Shown here: positions 38,641 to 50,845 of the stretch, one piece after another
How positions within the stretch are numbered: the stretch's first letter is position 1
Layout of the letters: every line of letters begins with the position of its first letter
NCBI GenBank assembly: GCA_043228905.1
Contig: JBHGNT010000015.1
Coordinates: 13,268,001 to 13,332,000, forward strand
DNA: 64,000 bases
From: Azolla caroliniana
Lineage: Eukaryota > Plantae > Polypodiophyta
Reading direction: 5' to 3'
The notes under the pieces: generated by a model
What the model saw: only the letters and a program-made list of their open reading frames with translations
The model's database searches: none
What the model was told of the DNA's origin: nothing
Made by a program: the position numbers and the translations under genes

Positions 38641-40796
38641 TATATCCGATTTTAGATACATATAAATAAATAAATTATATATCAAAAGAATTTATCATGT
38701 GCATAGGGCAAGATTCGAACCATGCACCTCCACGTAGATAAACCCCAACTTTACCATTGTAATAACTTATCTTTAGTTTTATAAATATAGATTTAATACG
38801 TATAAGACCTTTATTTACACATACCTTTATTAAAAGGTAAAAATCATGTATTCTTTAGAGTGTGAATATTTTATTTACACGTGACATTAAAAGTGACTCA
38901 TGCACATCTAGCGTGCATGAGCCCTATATTTAGGAAATGACAAAGCATCACATGCACATTTAGTGTGCATGGACACTTTAGGTGAAAAGCATGAAGCCAT
39001 GCTTAGCCTCTTCCATCTTTATATAAGGAGGAGAGAAATATGTATAAGGTTGTTGATTAATATACAAGCATTGATCAATCTAATACATTCGTGGGATTCA
39101 CGAATTTTGCCATCTAATTGCTCTTATAATCTAAATATTGTTTTAATTACACTAAACTCGTGGGATTCACGAGATTGCTATCTTACTTCTCTTTCCACTA
39201 TTCATAACTAGCCTTAAGTTGTATTCCTCTTCCTCCTAGTCATAAACCTCGGCGGTTCCCACCCGACTCACGCAACGATCCGGAGCCGAAGGGCACGACA
39301 ACGCACACTAATCTCGTGCAAAACAGAAAATGACAACAACCTACTAAAAGTTTGCCCTAAGTCATATTTATACTAATATGACTTTTCGGCTATTTACAAA
39401 TATAGCCTCGATGAACTCTCAGAAAACATATTTACAAATATGTCTCTTCATCCGGTTCATACCGGGTCTGCGCCATCCGGCTCTCCATAGCCGGGTACTC
39501 CTCATCTTGTCTTCACCGGGTCTGTATCATCCGGATCTCCGTAGCCGGGTACTCCTCATCCGGTCTTCACCGGGTCTGTATCATCCGGCTCTCCGTACCC
39601 GGGTCCTCCTCATACGAGTTTGTTCATCGGCACTGTTCTTCTCCCTTCCCATCCGGAGGGACCTGTCTCCCAACAATACGTTCAACAACTTCCCCCTCGT
39701 TGTGACGTGGCTCAAAGGGATTTCTCCGATTTGCACGATAGGATGTGGAGTGTCGTCTCCGGTTTCGACAACTCCTGGTTGTTCCGGTCTCTCCAAGAAG
39801 GAGAACCACTCTCTATGGCTCGACATGTGATTTGATGCACCGGAATCAACGTACCACACTTCCTCCGATTTGGAAGTGGTCTTCTTCATCGAGTTAGCCT
39901 TGTGTTTCATCACCAAGGCTAGCCCTTTACTGGCTTTTCCAGTTTTGGATCCTCCCGATCCTTCTGCGTAGTGCGAGTATTGCCGGTTCTCTCTACTGGC
40001 CTTGCCAGATCTCGATCTGTCCGAATCGGCGCGCTTCTTCCAACACTCGCTTTCTCTGTGGCCCTTTTTACCATAGTATGAGCATTCCGTGTCGGCCTTT
40101 GCTTGCCGGCCTCCAGCGCCGCCTTGACTCCCCCTACTTGTGGAGGGTCCGGAACTGTTGTCGGCATGCTCTCTGTGCCTTCGATCCTGCTCTTGCCAGC
40201 CGCTACCATTGCGAGCCGACCCGTCTCGTCCACCACGCCCACGGGGCCGATCCGCCTCCTATCATGGCACACCAAGCGCGGACTAAGACAGAGCACGGAT
40301 GATGAGGCTACGATGGAGCGATGACGGAATGACACAAGAGCGTAAAGATAGAGGTGAAGATTAAGGAGAGAAGATGGGTGAAGTGAGAATACTAGATTGA
40401 TATGTCCATGACTGGCGTTGTTCACCTTGAATTCCTTCAAGGTGAACTCAACTATTTATACTAAGTGGCATGCATACTTGTTGCACACATGTGATACAAT
40501 AGAGCACGTAGGCAATCAGTACGCATGCATGTGCCAAGTACAAGGGAGAAATTATGCACATGATGCTAGCTAAAACCTACAATGAGGAAGTATATACATG
40601 ATTGGTTAACCCATAACACTCGATTATAACTTGGTATTGTCAAGAGTTCGAATCTTGACATTATCCCCCCTCCAATGATGCCTTCCCAAATCGTTTGTCG
40701 GCTTAAGGGGATATTGTTGATGAAAATCTTAGATCACCTCAAAAGTACTTTGTAAATCCTAGACAAGGAGTAACCATTCCACAAGACGAGGTATTT

Positions 40797-41608
40797 AACA
40801 CCAACGGGCATGAGCGACCATGTGTGGTCCTCGCGTAGGACTGGAACACAAATATCAACGGGTGTGAGCGACCATGTGCAGTCCTCACGGGGAGCATGAA
40901 CACCAAGGGGCATGAGTGACCATGTGGGGTCCTTACCAGGAACTGGAACGGTCCTCGCTGAGAGTTGGAATACGAACACCAACGGGCTTGAGCAACCATG
41001 TTGTCCTCACCGAGCAATGGAACACGAACGAGTGAGCGACCATGTGGCCCTCACCGGGAACACGAACACGAACGGGATTAATCAACCATGTGTGGTCCTC
41101 ACCGGGAACTGGAACATGAACAACAATGGGCATGAGCGACCATGTTGGTCCTCACTGGGATCTAGAACACGAACAATAGTTGGAGTGAGCGACCATGTGC
41201 AGTTGTCACTGGAGAATGGAACACGAATGGGAATGAGCGACCATGGGGCCCTCACTGGGAATAGGAACACGAACGAGAGTGAGTGGCCATGTGCGACCCT
41301 CACTTGGAACAGGAACACGAACGGGTGTGAGCGACCATGCGGCCCTCACTGGGAACTCGAACATGAACGGGCATGAGCGACCATTCGGCCCTCACCGGGA
41401 ACTGTAACACGAACACCGACGGGAGTGAGCGGCCTTGTGCGGACCTCACCGGGAACTATAACACAAACACCAACGGGAGTAAGCGACCTTGTGCGGACCT
41501 CACCGGGAACTGGAACACGAACACCAACGGGAGTGAGAACTAGAACACCAACACCAACGGGAGTGAGCGGCCTTGTGCAGCCCTCACCGGGAACTGGAAC
41601 ACGAAAAC
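40797..41608. repeat. Minisatellite array, about 15 units of 46-55 bp, inside element D
   Basis: Consensus about AACACGAACACCAACGGGAGTGAGCGACCATGTGCGGCCCTCACCGGGAACTGG, diverging towards the left. Confidence 0.9.
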
Positions 41609-41820
41609 GAACGGGAAAGAAACTAAAAAATAGAGACAATGATGAGGAGAAACTAAAAGGCAATGAAAATGATGAGAAGAAACTAGGAGATAGAAATGAC
41701 GAGGAAGATAGGAAATGAAGCGATGTTGATGATGGTACGGTGACGATGGTAACTCTAGAAGCAAGGTCGATGACGGAGACGGGTGATGCTTCTAGTTGGA
41801 AGGTGAACAAACTGTTACGG

Positions 41821-44800
41821 TGTCGTGCCTTTCGGCTCCGGATCATTGCGTGAGTCGGGTGGGAACCGCTAGGGTTTTGGACTAGGAGGAAAGAAAATTC
41901 TAAGGCGATTAAGAATATGAAATATATTGTAAGAAAGAAAGATATGAAAAACTCGTGAATCCCACGAGTATAGTGTATTAGTGAGTACTCAAATTAAGAG
42001 AGAAAAATAGTTAGAAAACTCGTGGATCCCACGATTATATTATATTAATCAACCCTTGTAAAATAATCAACAACCTCTATACATCTTTCTCTCTTCCTTA
42101 TATAGTGTTGGAAGAGTCTAAGTTTATTACATGCAAGCATCATGCTTTTCCTATTTTTAGTTTTCATGCACACTGCATGTGCATGATTAGCTTTCTATCT
42201 CATCTTTTTTTTTTTTTCGAGTGTCTATGCATGAATAACTTTTTGTACCATGCATGTCTAGAAATTTTACATGGGATAAAGTTTAGTATAACTTTAAAAT
42301 TCATAATACGCTAGTATAATGATAAGGCTTAACATTATTAACATGGAGGTGCAAGGTTCGAATCTTGCCCTATGCATGTAATATATATATATTTTATACT
42401 TTCTTTTATTTACAAATATGTCTCTTCATCCGGTGAGAGACTTTCACCGGCCTTCTTCATCCGGCTCTTTCCGGTTCAGCTTCATCCGGTGCTTGCTAGT
42501 TTTCTTTTTCCGGTTCTTGCCGGGACCTCATTACCGATCTCTTTGTCCGTTTCTCACTGACTCTCACCGGCCTTCTTGATCCGGCTCTTGCCGGGTCTCC
42601 TTACCGGTTCCTTCTTCCGGTTCTCACCGGGTACTCCATGCCCTATCCGGAGAGACAAAAAATGTAATTTTTCACGTAGTGTGCGAATTACACTACGACA
42701 CTCGCCCCCTCCTAACCCGCACATCCTCCGGTATGTGCCGAAGTCCCCGATGCTTGCTATTCATCTTCATCCGAAGCTTCCTCCGATTCTCCCCTTAAGT
42801 CGACTATGAGTTCTAATCCACTTTCTTCGCTTTCCGCATCACTGCGATCTTCGTTCGATTGCTCCTTCTTGTCGGTCTTGTTTAGGATCACATAGGGTTC
42901 TTCATCAGTCCGCTTCTTGAAAATCTTCACCCGTTTCCCGGCTATAGGCACTCGTAGCATTGTTCCATCCAACTCACATAGTCGGTAAGTTCCGTTGTCG
43001 AAAACTTTCCGAACCTCGTATGGCCCGAACCACCTTTTCGCGAACTTCCGCATCGTTGTATGTTGATGATCCAAACTACCGTCGTAGACAATCACCCAAT
43101 CTCCTTCTTCAATCTTCCGCAGTCGTAGTTGGTGCTTTGTGTCGAACCGGCTTTTATTCCGGAATCGCGCTTCTTGTTGTCGGCGTATTGCTTCTGCTAT
43201 GTCTTCCGGTCTTCCCTCCAGTTATCGTATCCGGACCGCTAGTAGTTCTTCCCGGCTCATATCTTGCTTCCACGGTAACACTGTCAATGTTGTGATCGCG
43301 GTTTCCGTTGGCATTACCGGTGCTTGTCCGGTCATGAGTTCTGCCGTCATGTAACCGGTTATGGAGCTATGCGTCGGCCGATCCGCCCATAGTGCATACG
43401 GAAGCATCTGCGGCCAATCCTTCACCCTTCCATCGCATGCCTTTGCAAGTGCTTTGACAATCAGACTATGTCCTCGTTCGATCTTCCCGTTGGCTTCCGG
43501 ATTGTATGCCATTGTCAGTGTTAACCGAACTCGATGCTTAGTGAAGAATTCCTGAGCTTTATCAGAGTCGAGTTCTCCCCGATCCGCAATCACTTGTCCT
43601 ACGCACCGGTACCTGCAAAACACTTCTTCCTAAAGGAATTGGCATACCGTAGAACACGTTTTCCTCCGTATCGCCCGACCTTCTACTGGGTTTGTGAGAT
43701 CTTCCCGGGCTAACACCAAGTACTTCTTTTGTCCGATCCCGGTTGGCATGGCTACAATATCGACCATCCATTTGAAGTTGATTGGTTGTGAGAATGTTGG
43801 ATGTAGCTCATCTCGGTGTCGAACTCCGGAGTAGATTTGACACTTCTCGCAGCTTTCCGTGAACTCCGCTATATCTTTGTACATGTTCTTCCACCAATAT
43901 TTTTGTTTGATCTTCCCAAATGTTGCCCATGTTCCCCGATGTCCAACCCAATCAGATTCGTGAAATTCGGACATTACCTGGTTTCGTTGCTCTTTTGTCC
44001 CGACTACTCGAAGTGGTATGCCACCCGGTCTTTTCGACTCCCTCCATAAAAATTCATTTTTCAAGAAGAACTTTCGGACTTGCCGTTTTTTACTTCGAAT
44101 CTCGGCTCTCTTCTCTTTATTGTTCGATGATTCCTCGATTTCTCATAGCATTTTTCCGATCAACAAGCTTTCTCCCTCGTACTCTTCTTCCCGGAATTCT
44201 TCGATTACGTTCACCCGGCATATGTGCTCCGAAGCAAAGTAGTCTTCGGAAACTTCTTCATTATCAGATTCGGTTATGTCATCTCCGAACCTCGCCCTTG
44301 ATAGCATAACCGCTACAACGTTGTCTTTTTCGGAGATGTGTCTTACCTCCGGATTAAGTGACTTAACATATGCAATCCATCTTAGCATAGCCACATCCAG
44401 TATCGGAAGACAATCTATTTCGATCACTACTTCGGCTCCGATCAAATAATCTCGATCCGATTTGATTGCCGACACGACTCCACATAATTCTCTTTTAACT
44501 TGTGCATATCCACGTTGCCTTTCATTGAGAACCTTTGCTCCGAATCGGATCGGATATCGCGAACCTTCCGGATCGGCTTGATTGATGACCCATCCGATTC
44601 CGGTTGGACTTGTGTCAACCGTTACTATGATCGGTTGGTCATAGTTTGGCTTCTTTAGTGCTTCTGCCCTCCGTAGTGATTTCTTGAGCTTCTTCACGGC
44701 TTTGGTATGCTCCGGTTTCCATTCAAACTTCTTACCATTTCGCAAAAAGTGATAGAGTGGGTCCGCTATATGTGCATAATGCGGAATCCATATGTGGTAG

Positions 44801-47800
44801 AATGCACATGCTCCAAGAAACCTTCAAACTTCGGATTGTGACTCGCATACTTCTTTCATAGCTTGAATCGCATCGATCTTGGTTGGTGACGGTCTTCGTC
44901 CGTAGGGCCCACATAGATGTTCGACTACCAATATTTCTTCTTGTCCGAATGCCGATTTCTCTCCGGAAAGTGTTAGATGCACATCTTCTAACTTCCGTAA
45001 CACTTTCTCACAATCACGGATATGATTGACTACAAACCTTCGGCATCCCCGTTCATCCATAACTTCATTTTTTTCTTCCACCGCACACCCTTTCATCGGA
45101 ATGTCATCTAGGAATGGCATCGTTATCTCCGGTATGCAATCCCGAAGCACCTTGTTCATCGCATTCATCATAAGTGCGACTGAGTTCGTCGCGCCTTGTC
45201 GTAGCGTACACATCCGGACTAATCCTATCGGTGTCTGCATGGTAGTGATGTCTCGGCTCTCCATGGCTAGTTGGAATTGGTCATATCCGGAGTATAGGTC
45301 TCCGATGGAGTATATTGCGCAACCGGCAAATGCTTCCACAAATTCGTCCACTATCGGACTGACTCCGGAGTTCCGGATCGTGACCTTGTTCACCGGTTGC
45401 AAATCTTGAATAAATCGGAGTGACCCATTCTTCTTCGGAACCGTAAACCATCGATTTGAGTACGGAGCATTTGATGGCTCTAGAATCCCCATCACCACCT
45501 TCTCCTTGAGCAAGTCGATGATCTTCGGAATATGCGCCCGTGGCACTGGAATCGGCTTCAGGTTCCACGGCACATGGTCAATCGTGAAGATCACCATCGG
45601 CTCCACTATCTTCGGGTCAGCGCATCCTATTTCTTTCGATGTAAATGCAAATGCTCTCCCATGTCGCTCTAGCATCCCACGGAATCGTTCTTCTTCATTC
45701 TTTAATAGGAACCCACCTCCACCGATCCAAAGTTTCTTCTGGGTCTCATCCGTGAAGGCATGTCCGATATCTATGGACTTCTGAAGTGTCGGATCCCCCG
45801 AGACTTCTTTCCTCTTTTGTTCGCTATCTGTGGGTAACGGTCCCGCGGCCAGTTTCACTTTCTTCTCCACGGTCTTGTATTTCATACTTACCATTGCTTC
45901 TTCTTTGCGGAGCGCATCCGGCCCCATTTTCACAATGATCTCATACATCTCGACCGACTCCACCGGAATTACCCGGTTTCCCTGGCTTGTATCTTCCGCG
46001 AGCTCTTCAAGCCGTTGTAGTGTGCTCCCATAAAAACACCTCTTCAACTATTCCCATGATTTCTTTGTCTTCTTCTATTACTGAGGCCGACCGTAACTTA
46101 TCCTCCACTTTTCGGTGTTCTTTCTTCATTCCTCCGGTTACAGCTGTGTACGTGGATGCCCCATCCAGACCGATTCGTACTTGTTTTGCATCGAGAGCTT
46201 TCTTCCTATGTGGAGTATCAGGGCTTCTCGGACTATCACTTTCCCACTCCGCAACAGTCCGCTCTAAAAATCCATTCTTGTTTGGGACAAGAGCTCTCTC
46301 TTGTTCCTTTCATGATTTGTCGGTACCGTTAGGAATTGGACAAATTTCCTTCCGTTTTGGCTCCGAATTCGCGCAAAAGCCGCACCGCTATCGAGCACCT
46401 TCGTCTCCATCCGTGATGCCGTGATAAAAGGTTTCCTGACGATCACGGAGTGTGAGACCTCGTCTTGTACGAAGAAATTTTGGTCGATCTCGACATCCCC
46501 GATCTTCACCGTCACATCCGGACAAGCCGCAAATAGATCTTCTGTTGCTTTAGTGGTCGCCCGGATCTTCCACCCATGATTCGTGTTAATAGGCTACTTA
46601 CCCTTCCGGTAGAATCCTTGGACATCAAGTTGATCTCCGATCCGTGATCAATCAATGCTAGCACGGGTTCTTTGATGTTACCGATTTGGACCGGAGTCTC
46701 CGTAGTTGCGCATGCCCAGTGTGGCTTTGTGTAGTGAGAATTCGGTATTTCGTCCTCCAATTCGGTGTCATTCATTAGAACGGTATTTGCATTCACCCTT
46801 GGAGCGCTCTCCTCCGTACTTTGCCTTTTTCTCTTCACGAGATCCACAAGAAGATCGTGGAACTCCTTCGCTATTCCGAGTAATTCTCGAAGCGAAAAAT
46901 CTACCCGTCTATCGAGGATTCTCTCCTCGAACACCTTTTTCAAGTCCGTTTGTTGTTCGATGTCCGAGGCGAGCTTGAATGCCGGAATCATCTTTTCTTT
47001 TCCCTTACCTCTGGAGTTCCAACTTTCCGGTGTCTTTGATGGACCGGCCACCTCATTCGTGTGCCGTCGCTTCTCATCTACATACACTTCATGCAATTGG
47101 CATAAAGCAAACACGCTATTCTTATCGACGGGGCACTCCCATCCCGTAGCTTCCCGGATGCCTTTTGCGGTGCTTCGGATCCCGTTAGAGTCGGTTTTCT
47201 CGGTGTTTTCTAGCACTTCCGGCCAAAAAGACACCTTTGCTCCCGATGACTCCCCGACACGTATTCCCGCGGTTGTCGCGTAATTGTTCTTCGCCGCTAT
47301 TTCCTCCTCTAGGACCTTCTTCATGCCGCCTTTTTGGAAGTTCGGTCGGAGCGGCTTTCGAGAGTCCATCGAATGAATCCGATTTCCCTCATAGTAGATA
47401 AGATCCTGTCGTAGCGCTTCCTTGTGCTCGTCGCAATCCCTTCGATCATGTTCGGTGCTATCGCACCATATGCATCGACGGTCCATATACTTGGAACTTG
47501 TGGGACGGTCATCCGACTTCTTCACCATCGCGATTTTTAGATTCTCCATCTCCTTCAGCAACTGCTCCACCGTAGTTGCGTCGATTCCTTTCTCAGTTGT
47601 AGCTTCCCGAACCTGCGGTTGATGGTCTTCCGATCCGGATCTCGATTTCGGAATCGGTTCAGAAACCCTCCTTTCTTCGTTGGCAAGCCATTGCCCCCTC
47701 TTTGTGTATCGCGCGACGATATCCCGCACGCTTTCCAATGTTTCGGTGAGGCCGCTCTCGGTAGTCGTGTCCTCTAGAAGCACTCCAAGATCCTTCCGGT

Positions 47801-49207
47801 CCCGGACGTCTACGGCTCGTAAGAACATGATAACTTTGTCCGGTGCGAGGATAGCTTGATCTCTCGCAGACAACCTCCCGAACCGACTTTCGAATGCCGA
47901 AAACACATCGAGGACCTTCATCCCCTTGTTCGGTGTTTCTACCCAATCCTCGAATCCTCTCCACGTTGCCTTGGAGGAGTCCTTGATAGCGAACGTGGTC
48001 TTTAGTGCGTCTTCAAATGCTTCCCACGTCGGATTTTGTTGTCGTAGCCCGTGGATACTTGCTTGAAGCCCGTCGGTAGCCACCCGGTTGAAGGATGCCA
48101 CTTGCAGTCCTTCCGAAATCCCGCACCGTAGCATTTCCGCCTTGTAGTCCCGAAGATAGCGTGATACGTCCTTTCCGTTGAATTGCCCGATCCGTTGCAC
48201 GAGCCACTCTACTGCCGCCGCTATCTCCGACATCGCACGTTGTTCTTGAAGCATCCGCTCGAACATCATCATCATGTTGTTAGCCTTCGGTTGATTTTCC
48301 ATCTCCTTGCCACCCGTGTTCACGTTGGGTTCACCACTTGTGTCGTGCCTTTCGGGTTCGGATCGTTGCGTGAGTCGGGTGGGAACCGCTGGGGTTTTGG
48401 ACTAGGAGGAAAGAAAATTCTAAGGCGATTAAGAATATGAAATATATTGTAAGAAAGAAAGATATGAAAAACATGTGAATCCCACGAATATAGTGTATTA
48501 GTGAATACTCAAATTAAGAGAGAAAAATAGTTAGAAAACTCGTGGATCCCACGATTATATTATATTAATCAACCCTTGTAAAATAATCAACAACCTCTAT
48601 ACATCTTTCTCTCTTCCTTATATAGTGTTGGAAGAGTCTAAGTTTATTACATGCAAGCATCATGCTTTTCCTATTTTTAGTTTTCATGCACACTGCATGT
48701 GCATGATTAGCTTTCTATCTCATCTTTTTTTTTTTTTCGAGTGTCTATGCATGAATAACTTTTTGTACCATGCATGTCTAGAAATTTTACATGGGATAAA
48801 GTTTAGTATAACTTTAAAATTCATAATACGCTAGTATAATGATAAGGCTTAACATTATTAACATGGAGGTGCAAGGTTCAAATCTTGCCCTATATGCATG
48901 TAATATATATATATTTTATACTTTCTTTTATTTACAAATATGTCTCTTCATTCGGCTCTTTCTGGTTCTGCTTCATCCGGTGCTTGCTAGTTTTCTTTTT
49001 CCGGTTCTTGCCGGGACCTCCTTACCGATTTCTTCGTCCGTTTCTCACCAACTCTCACCGGCCTTCTTCATCCGGCTCTTGCCGGGTCTCCTTATTGGTT
49101 TCGGTCCTTACCGGTTCCTTCTTCCGGTTCTCACTGGGTACTCTATGCCCTATCCGGAGAGACAAAAAATGTAATTTTTCACGTAGTGTGCGAATTACAC
49201 TACGACA
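41821..49207 (-). mobile_element. Element C: full-length tRNA-Trp-primed gypsy, sister subfamily of B; 3' LTR 41821-42700, 5' LTR 48341-49207
   Basis: 4-bp TSD ACGG (41817-41820 / 49208-49211), PBS at 48319-48336 and PPT at 42701-42712. gag-PR 48323-46264 and pol 46273-~42720, with frameshifts and stops. Confidence 0.96.
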
Positions 49208-50767
49208 ACGGACACACCAAGCGCGGACTAAGACAAAGCACGGATGATGAAGCTACGACGGAGTGATGACGGAATGACACAAGAGTGTAAAGATAGAGGT
49301 GAAGATTAAGGAGAGAAGATTGGTGAAGTGAGAATACTAGATTGATATGTCCATGACTGGTGTTGTTCACCTTGAATTCCTTCAAGGTGAACTCAACTAT
49401 TTATACTAAGTGGCATGCATACCTGTTGCACACATGTGATACAATAGAGCACGTAGGCAGTAGGTACGCATGCATGTGCCAAGTACAAGGGAGAAATTAT
49501 GCACATGATGCTAGCTAAAACCTACAATGAGGAAGTATATACATGATTATATGTTAGATGTGTGGTTAACACATAACACTCGATTATAACTTGGTCATGT
49601 CAAGAGTTCGAATCTTGACACCTCCGTGTACAACATCCGGGTATCGGTGGGTGCACCTTTTGACACACCGGCGTGGTTCTCCTCTACAAGGAGCATCGAC
49701 TGTAAGTCGAAAAATGACAACGTATTCCCCCGTGTACACACAACAGTTCGGAATGCTCCGAACTTTGACGCCAATCCCTCGAGACAGATCTGCACCATCT
49801 CACCTTCCTCTACATTTACATCGATAGAGGCTAAGGAGTTGCATATCTCTTTGATCTTCGAGGTGTAATCAGCCACCGACAAGTCGCATTGTCGTAAATT
49901 GCTCAGCTCCTGTCGGAGTTGAAGTTTCCTGGTTGTGGTGCTTGCGGCGAAGATCTTCTTCAGATTTCCCCAAGCATCCTTTGGCGTTTTCGCATCCCGA
50001 ATATAGCTCAGGAGATGTTCGCCCACATAAGACGCGAAGCAGTATAGTACTCTGCTCGCCTACTGCTCCCATGCCAGGACATCTCTGTGTGTCGATTCGG
50101 GTGCTGTGTCATTTGCTCTGTCGACATAGCTCCAGTAACCATGCCCGAGCAGGTACTGGTGCATCTTGTAGGACCAAGACGTGTAGTTGTTCCCCGTCGA
50201 GCTTCTCTGTTGGAAGTGAGCTAGCCATGCCTCTATCCATTTTGTTTTTCCTCTTCTTTACAAAGGTCAGGTTTTCTTCTTGAGCTAAGGTCGGCTACAG
50301 AGGTTCTCAACCCTCGCGCTCTGATACCATGTAAAAGATTATGTGCAGAAGCAATAGAAAATGGAACACAGGAAATACCCAGGTTTAATGGAGAGCTTGA
50401 ATATACACAGTATGCGGGAGAAAGAGAGAGAACACACAGAAAACCAATTCAAAATAATACTCAATCTGTGTAATACTCTGTACATCGTATGTGTTCAGTG
50501 AACACTTTTATACAAGTCCATACGGACTGACAGAAGTACGGTGTACTTCAATGCTCACACGAGCATCTGACATTGACTACAAGACCTTAACTACCTAGTA
50601 GTCTAGCTGCTACTTGGCTTCTGGTTATTGTTTGATCCAACTAACTGGCTCCCCAGCTCACCAGCTCAATTGCTCACTGGCTCACCGATCCGGCTCATCC
50701 TTCCGGATGTTGATCCGGCTCTGGCTTATTCAGCCGATCCGGATCCGGTTGAGCTTGCTGCTCAACA

Positions 50768-50845
50768 GTTCTCAACGAAAGGCAATGCGGATATGCACAA
50801 CTCAAACGAGAGCTATGGGGAGTAGTAACGACGATTAAATGGGAT
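50768..50845 (+). pseudogene. Gypsy RNase H fragment (oldest layer, piece 2)
   Basis: VLNERQCGYAQLKRELWGVVTTIKWD matches B's VLNERQRGYAQVKRELWGVVSAIKSD. Confidence 0.85.

Larger units (their letters stand above)
32222..39300 (+). mobile_element. Element B: full-length non-chromovirus Ty3/gypsy primed by tRNA-Trp (possibly Phygy-like); LTRs 32222-32925 and 38598-39300
   Basis: TGTCG...CGACA LTRs with roughly ten differences. 4-bp TSD ACGC (32218-32221 / 39301-39304). PBS TGGTGAACCCGACGTGAA at 32930-32947 and PPT GGAGGGGGCGAG. Confidence 0.96.
27123..39675 (-). mobile_element. Element F: full-length Ty1/copia (Tnt1/Tork-like); 3' LTR 27123-27814, 5' LTR 31901-39675 interrupted by B
   Basis: 5-bp TSD ATACG (27118-27122 / 39676-39680), Met-i PBS at 31887-31898 and PPT at 27815-27824. 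LTRs carry about three copies of a ~54-bp CCGG-rich repeat. Confidence 0.96.
40260..49620 (-). mobile_element. Element D: ~2-kb non-autonomous chromovirus derivative; 3' LTR 40260-40660, internal 40661-41812, 5' LTR 41813-49620 interrupted by C
   Basis: 5-bp TSD CCTCC (40255-40259 / 49621-49625) and PPT AGGGGGGATAA. Chromodomain relic KYLVLWNGYS...DFHQQYPLKP just before the PPT. No gag or pol. Confidence 0.9.
25368..50767 (-). mobile_element. Element H: Ty1/copia (same lineage as G), 3'-truncated and split by F and D; own sequence 25368-27122, 39676-40259 and 49621-50767 (5' LTR 50330-50767)
   Basis: PBS TGGTATCAGAGC at 50318-50329 and gag ATG at 50228. The reading continues across both insertions (KLLNVL|HVPTITKNL across F). 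It ends in early RT. Confidence 0.92.

Noticed and set aside
40260-40660. Retrozyme (hammerhead ribozyme in the LTR of a small non-autonomous element)
   Set aside because: No CUGANGA...GAAA core with flanking helices was seen on either strand by eye.
40797-41608. Regularly spaced repeats resembling a CRISPR array
   Set aside because: The whole unit is repeated with no unique spacers, there are no cas genes, and it lies inside a eukaryotic LTR element. It is a minisatellite.
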